Shown piece after piece: positions 58,323 through 64,000 of a stretch of 64,000 nt of DNA. The stretch covers positions 96,001 to 160,000 of the forward strand of contig JBMNLI010000010.1 of assembly GCA_050952645.1 (NCBI GenBank), written 5' to 3'. Below the pieces are notes generated by a model. The model made no database searches. It was not told the DNA's origin and saw only the letters and a program-made list of their open reading frames with translations. The DNA comes from Bdellovibrionota bacterium (lineage in GTDB: Bacteria; Bdellovibrionota_C; UBA2361; CAKMMH01). The translations under genes were made by a program, and so were the position numbers. Positions within the stretch are counted from its first letter, which is position 1. Every line of letters begins with the position of its first letter.

Positions 58323-59390
58323 TTATCCTTCATGTTTTAACGCTTCAGATTGGAAATAAGCGATAACTGGGTCTAGCATTAAATCGACATCGCCCTCCAT
58401 TAAAGCATCAAGATTATGTATAGAGTATCCTATTCTATGATCCGTCACGCGTGATTGAGGATAATTGTAAGTCCTTATTTTCTCAGAGCGATCCCCCGTG
58501 CCTACTTGAGATTTTCTATCTTCGGAACGTTCGTTTGCCATTTCTTGTTCTTTTTGCTCTAAAAGCCTTGCTCTTAAAATTCTCATAGCCTTGTCTTTAT
58601 TTTTAAATTGTGATTTCTCATCTTGCATAGCGACTACTATTCCAGTTGGAATGTGAGTGATTCTTACGGCCGAGTCGGTCGTATTTACGCATTGCCCCCC
58701 TGGGCCGCTTGCTCTATAAACATCTATTCTTAAATCTTTTTCATTTATCTCAACATCGACCTCTTCGGCTTCAGGAAGCACTGCGACGGTGCAAGTAGAG
58801 GTATGAACTCGTCCTTGCGATTCAGTCGTTGGAACTCTTTGCACTCGATGCACTCCACTTTCATATTTAAGTTTACTATAAGCGCCTTCGCCTGCAATCA
58901 TCGCTATCACCTCTTTATATCCCCCAGTGCTCCCTTCAGAGGCACTCATTAAGTCTATTTTCCAACCTAACGTCTCTGCGTAGCGAGAATACATTCTAAA
59001 AAGGTCGCCAGCAAAAATAGAAGCCTCATCACCTCCTGCACCTGCTCTTATTTCTAAAATTACATTTTTATCATCATTAGGGTCTTTAGGTAAAAGAAGA
59101 ATTTGTAACTCTTGTTCGAGCACAGGAAGCTTTTCTTCTAGCTCTTTTAATTCCTCTTTTGCTAGTGCTACAAGGTCTGCATCTTCACCTTGGTAAATTA
59201 TATCTTTACTGCTCTGCACATCGCTTAAAACTTTTTTATAATCTCGATATACTAGCACGACTTTTTCTTGTGCCTTGTATTCTTTAGAAAGTTTTTCAAA
59301 AAGAGATCTATTTTGCACTACTTCCATATCTGAAAGCTGTCTAGATAACTCTTCGTATCTTTGTTCTACCTCATCTAATTTACTAAACAT
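58323..59390 (-). CDS. prfA: peptide chain release factor 1
   Basis: GAGGDEA, GVHRVQRVPTT (PxT motif), GGQ, RSEKIRTYN. Confidence 0.97.
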   Translation of the reverse strand: MFSKLDEVEQRYEELSRQLSDMEVVQNRSLFEKLSKEYKAQEKVVLVYRDYKKVLSDVQSSKDIIYQGEDADLVALAKEELKELEEKLPVLEQELQILLLPKDPNDDKNVILEIRAGAGGDEASIFAGDLFRMYSRYAETLGWKIDLMSASEGSTGGYKEVIAMIAGEGAYSKLKYESGVHRVQRVPTTESQGRVHTSTCTVAVLPEAEEVDVEINEKDLRIDVYRASGPGGQCVNTTDSAVRITHIPTGIVVAMQDEKSQFKNKDKAMRILRARLLEQKEQEMANERSEDRKSQVGTGDRSEKIRTYNYPQSRVTDHRIGYSIHNLDALMEGDVDLMLDPVIAYFQSEALKHEG

Positions 59391-59527
59391 ATAAACTTTA
59401 TACTCAAAAATATTAAATAAAAAAATTATAATATTATAATAACTTTACTATTATTACAGATATTATAAAACTTAGGTTAAAAATATTTAATTTTAATTTT
59501 AATTTAAGAAAATTTTTACAACAAAAG

Positions 59528-60817
59528 CTAGCTTTCAGCAAGTCTAATAGCTTCTGAAAAAATTTGCACACGGTAAGGAACTATTTTTTTATTAGAGCGT
59601 AAAGGGTGCACTCTATTTGCAAGAAGTGCTACTATTAAATCCTTCTTTGGGTCTATCCAAAGTGAGCAACCCGTAAAAGAATTTATTCCTACGGCGCTAC
59701 TAGAAAATCCACACGATAACATCATATTTTCTTTTGAGGCTCTTTCCCATAAATATGGCGCTTGCTCCGTTTCATAACCTAAAAATTCTTTAGTTATATG
59801 CTCATCGAAGACATCGCTTTCTCCACGAAGTGCTTTTAAGATTTCTATCGCAAAAATAGTAACGTCTTGCACATTTGAAAAAAGCCCGGCGTTGCCTGCC
59901 ACTCCTCCCATTGCCCAAGCGTTATCGTTTTGCACTTCACCGCATAAAGTTTTTTCTCTCCAATCGCAACGCTCCGTCGGGGCTATTAAAGATAACACTG
60001 GGGATAATTTTTTTAATCTTAAAAGTGCCAAATCGACAAAGCCTGAACTAGTTAAGTTTAGTGGCTCTGCAATTTCTTTATAAAACGCTTTATCTAAAGT
60101 ATTACCGCTTAACACTTCTACTATAAATCCTAAAAGTATATTTGCGACCTCGCTATAATAAACTTTTGTGTTAGGTTGAGTTTTTAAATTGCTTCTTACT
60201 ATTTTATTTAAAACGTATTCCTTAGCACCACGACTAGCAAGCATTCCTATCCTACTTCCTTGACTATTTTTTGAAATCTCTTCATAAAAAGGGTATGAAG
60301 ACATAAGGCCAGATTGAGAGGTTAATAAATTTTTTATTGAAATAAGCGATTTACCATTTACGCTAAAACCTTGTAAATAACGACTAACTAAATCATCGAC
60401 GCTACATTTTTCTTGTTTTATAAGTTTCATAACTAAGCTTGCCGTGCAGAATAATAAGGTAAGTTCTCCTAAATCGTAAACTGTCGTTTCATTTACAGCG
60501 GAGTTTTTATCCGTCCACTCATCTTCTTCAGTAAGTCTATATCCGCAAGCTTTTATAAAATGAAATTGATCTTCTTTATTATAATTTTTTACTATGGATA
60601 TAACGGCTCCAGGAAAGACATTGTTATCTACTGCTTTTTCTAGACAAGAAATGATGCTTGATACGTTTTTGCCAAATAATACGCTTTGAGCCTCTGCATC
60701 TTGATTATAAACATCTTGATTATAAGCATCTTGATTGTAAACATTATTATTATTTTGTGATATATTGCTCGATATATCACTCGATAAATTTTTAAAATCT
60801 TTTGCAGTATTACTCAT
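59528..60817 (-). CDS. beta-lactamase/serine hydrolase family protein lacking SxxK
   Basis: FPGAV, TVYDLGELTL, YYSE, GGVAGNAGLFS, FTGCSLWIDP, LANRVHP. Confidence 0.82.
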   Translation of the reverse strand: MSNTAKDFKNLSSDISSNISQNNNNVYNQDAYNQDVYNQDAEAQSVLFGKNVSSIISCLEKAVDNNVFPGAVISIVKNYNKEDQFHFIKACGYRLTEEDEWTDKNSAVNETTVYDLGELTLLFCTASLVMKLIKQEKCSVDDLVSRYLQGFSVNGKSLISIKNLLTSQSGLMSSYPFYEEISKNSQGSRIGMLASRGAKEYVLNKIVRSNLKTQPNTKVYYSEVANILLGFIVEVLSGNTLDKAFYKEIAEPLNLTSSGFVDLALLRLKKLSPVLSLIAPTERCDWREKTLCGEVQNDNAWAMGGVAGNAGLFSNVQDVTIFAIEILKALRGESDVFDEHITKEFLGYETEQAPYLWERASKENMMLSCGFSSSAVGINSFTGCSLWIDPKKDLIVALLANRVHPLRSNKKIVPYRVQIFSEAIRLAES

Positions 60818-60965
60818 AGTTTTTTTATCTCATTGTTTTTATTAATCTCATTATTTTTATTAATCTCATTATTTTTATTAATCTCATTATTTTTATAATC
60901 TCAACGTTTTTTAAATCTCATTATTTTTTTAATCTCATAGCTTTTTAAAAGCTCATTATTTTTAT
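60813..60965 (+). repeat. degenerate ~18-bp tandem repeat (ATCTCATTATTTTTATTA), about 8 copies
   Basis: Read directly upstream of the serine hydrolase start codon. Confidence 0.8.
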
Positions 60966-61160
60966 AATTTTTTATAATAGTTATTTTTTGTTATTATTTT
61001 TAAAAACTAACAAGCATAAACACGACTATAAATATAACAAAAGTTTAATAAACTTGCAAAATATTAGAGTATGTAATTTAAATACGTAAATTGTAATACT
61101 TAAAAAGGCTTAAAATAAGCTTAAAAACTTTAATAAATTAGGCTATTTAAAAAAAACTTT

Positions 61161-61198
61161 ATCGTTTTACTTGAAAAAAGTAAAAACGATGTGCATAT
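61161..61198 (+). promoter_or_regulatory. putative groESL promoter (RpoH-like) overlapped by an inverted repeat
   Basis: CTTGAA-N15-GTGCATAT; imperfect palindrome ATCGTTTTACTT..AAGTAAAAACGAT over the -35. Confidence 0.4.
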
Positions 61199-61223
61199 AA
61201 GTTAAGTATTAAGATTTTTTTTA

Positions 61224-61249
61224 GTTCTTTCACGTTTAGCGTGAAGAGA
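61224..61249. repeat. minimal MITE remnant (two facing terminal repeats)
   Basis: GTTCTTTCACG-TTTAG-CGTGAAGAGA; similar flanks TAAGATTTTTT / TAAAATTTTTT. Confidence 0.5.
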
Positions 61250-61462
61250 TAAAATTTTTTAGATTAAACGAAAATTTTAAGTTTGAAGGTTCTTCTGGCA
61301 TTTTAAGTAGAGAAATTATTAAATGAGAAAAGATTAAGTAAGTAAAAATCCAAGTAAAAAAAAACGCTTAATAACACTTAATAACATAACTTAATAACAT
61401 AAGAAGAGCAAAAAAACTTTAAAATATTATTAGAATTTTAATTTATTATTGGAGGATAGATA

Positions 61463-61753
61463 ATGACTAAAATAAGACCATTACAAGATCGTCTAATCGT
61501 AAGACGATTAGATAGTGAAGAGAAAACATCGGGAGGGCTTTACATTCCTGATTCTGCTAAGGAAAAACCACAACAAGGAGAAGTAGTCGCTGTTGGAAAA
61601 GGAAAAGTAAAGGAAGACGGCACTGTAATTCCTATGGATATTAAGAAAGGAGATAAGATTCTTTTCGGGAAATATTCGGGTTCAGAAATCAAACTAGATG
61701 GCGAAGAACTTTTAATTATGCGTGAAGATGAAGTTCTAGGCGTGCTAGAGTAA
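61463..61753 (+). CDS. groES: co-chaperonin GroES
   Basis: [34 protein letters not shown]. Confidence 0.98.
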   Translation: MTKIRPLQDRLIVRRLDSEEKTSGGLYIPDSAKEKPQQGEVVAVGKGKVKEDGTVIPMDIKKGDKILFGKYSGSEIKLDGEELLIMREDEVLGVLE

Positions 61754-61794
61754 GAGAAAATTTTAACAATAAGTTTAATAAATAAATTTAATAA

Positions 61795-63450
<1,656 letters not shown>

Positions 63451-63467
63451 TACATCTATAAAAAAAA

Positions 63468-63583
63468 GGTTCTTTCTCGTTTTAAGCGTGTTTATTTAAA
63501 TTTGATATAGAAAATTTTTTAATATGAAAATTTAAGTATATTTTACTTTTAAAAGTAAATAACGCATAAAACGTTAAAGAGCC
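63468..63583. mobile_element. divergent MITE-like element
   Basis: GGTTCTTTCTCGTTTTAAGCGTG..ACGCATAAAACGTTAAAGAGCC inverted termini just after the groEL stop. Confidence 0.6.
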
Positions 63584-63619
63584 TAAGGCCTATAAAAAAA
63601 TATAGCCTATAAAAAAATA

Positions 63620-63657
63620 AGCCTAGTGAAAAAAGCAAAACTTTTTTTCGCTAGGCT
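63620..63657. terminator. hairpin between convergent genes (probable terminator)
   Basis: AGCCTAGTGAAAAAAG-CAAAA-CTTTTTTTCGCTAGGCT. Confidence 0.65.
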
Positions 63658-63725
63658 ATATTTAAAATTAAGCGTCGAAAACTAACACTTAAAGCTAAAC
63701 CTTTTTACTAGCTTTCTATTTTTAT

Positions 63726-64000
63726 TTATTTACCTTTAGCATTTTTTTCTAAAAAATGAAGATTAACGAGTAAGTTAAAATCCACCACTTCAACATCTTG
63801 AAAGTTTCCAAATTCAAGATAAATCCTCAATGCCGCAACAGCCATAGCAGAATCAGGGTCGACCTTTATTTCGCTAACTTTATCGGGACCTATTCCTCTT
63901 GCTTTAGCTACGCTAGGCACTTTGTTAACATCAATAAAGACCAATTCATCAGTGTTAAGTATGCCTTCATTTTTGTTAGTCACTTTTAAAGCGTAAACTT
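63726..64000 (-). CDS. C-terminal part of a hypothetical protein (runs off the window)
   Basis: Frame stays open upstream of the GTG at 63983 to the window edge (VYALKVTNKNEG..). Confidence 0.6.
   Translation of the reverse strand, partial: VYALKVTNKNEGILNTDELVFIDVNKVPSVAKARGIGPDKVSEIKVDPDSAMAVAALRIYLEFGNFQDVEVVDFNLLVNLHFLEKNAKGK

Overview
AT-rich chromosomal window from an LPS-making, probably fermentative anaerobic bacterium (deltaproteobacteria-like by impression only). It is mostly housekeeping: tgt-queA, murB-ftsQ-ftsA, tatBC, nfo, gmk-yicC, yebC-ruvA, a class A PBP, xseAB, sua5, adk, murL-murD2, [FeFe]-hydrogenase, adhE, ktrAB, prfA, groES-groEL and three tRNAs (His-GTG, Arg-TCG, Gly-CCC). 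The most notable structure is a dispersed family of small, modular, non-autonomous inverted-repeat elements (terminus about GGTTCTTCACGTTTTAAG, 8-10 bp flanking duplications) in many intergenic regions. One copy, between tatC and tRNA-His, has expanded into a 98-bp hairpin array. A class IIC group II intron is inserted precisely into one array unit, and its RT gene is in turn split by an IS1634-like element, giving three nested layers. Two other copies bracket a cargo gene inside a perfect 39-bp inverted repeat. Other oddities: four intact ORFs with erased catalytic motifs (UvrA-, UDG-, PP2C- and serine-hydrolase-like), pervasive short tandem duplications, a GmrSD gene split by one in-frame stop, a frameshifted adhE, an unannotated 49-aa ORF with an IF1-like motif, and an orphan 841-aa protein with a caspase/legumain-like His-Cys dyad. 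All protein calls are by motif recognition; no database searches were run.
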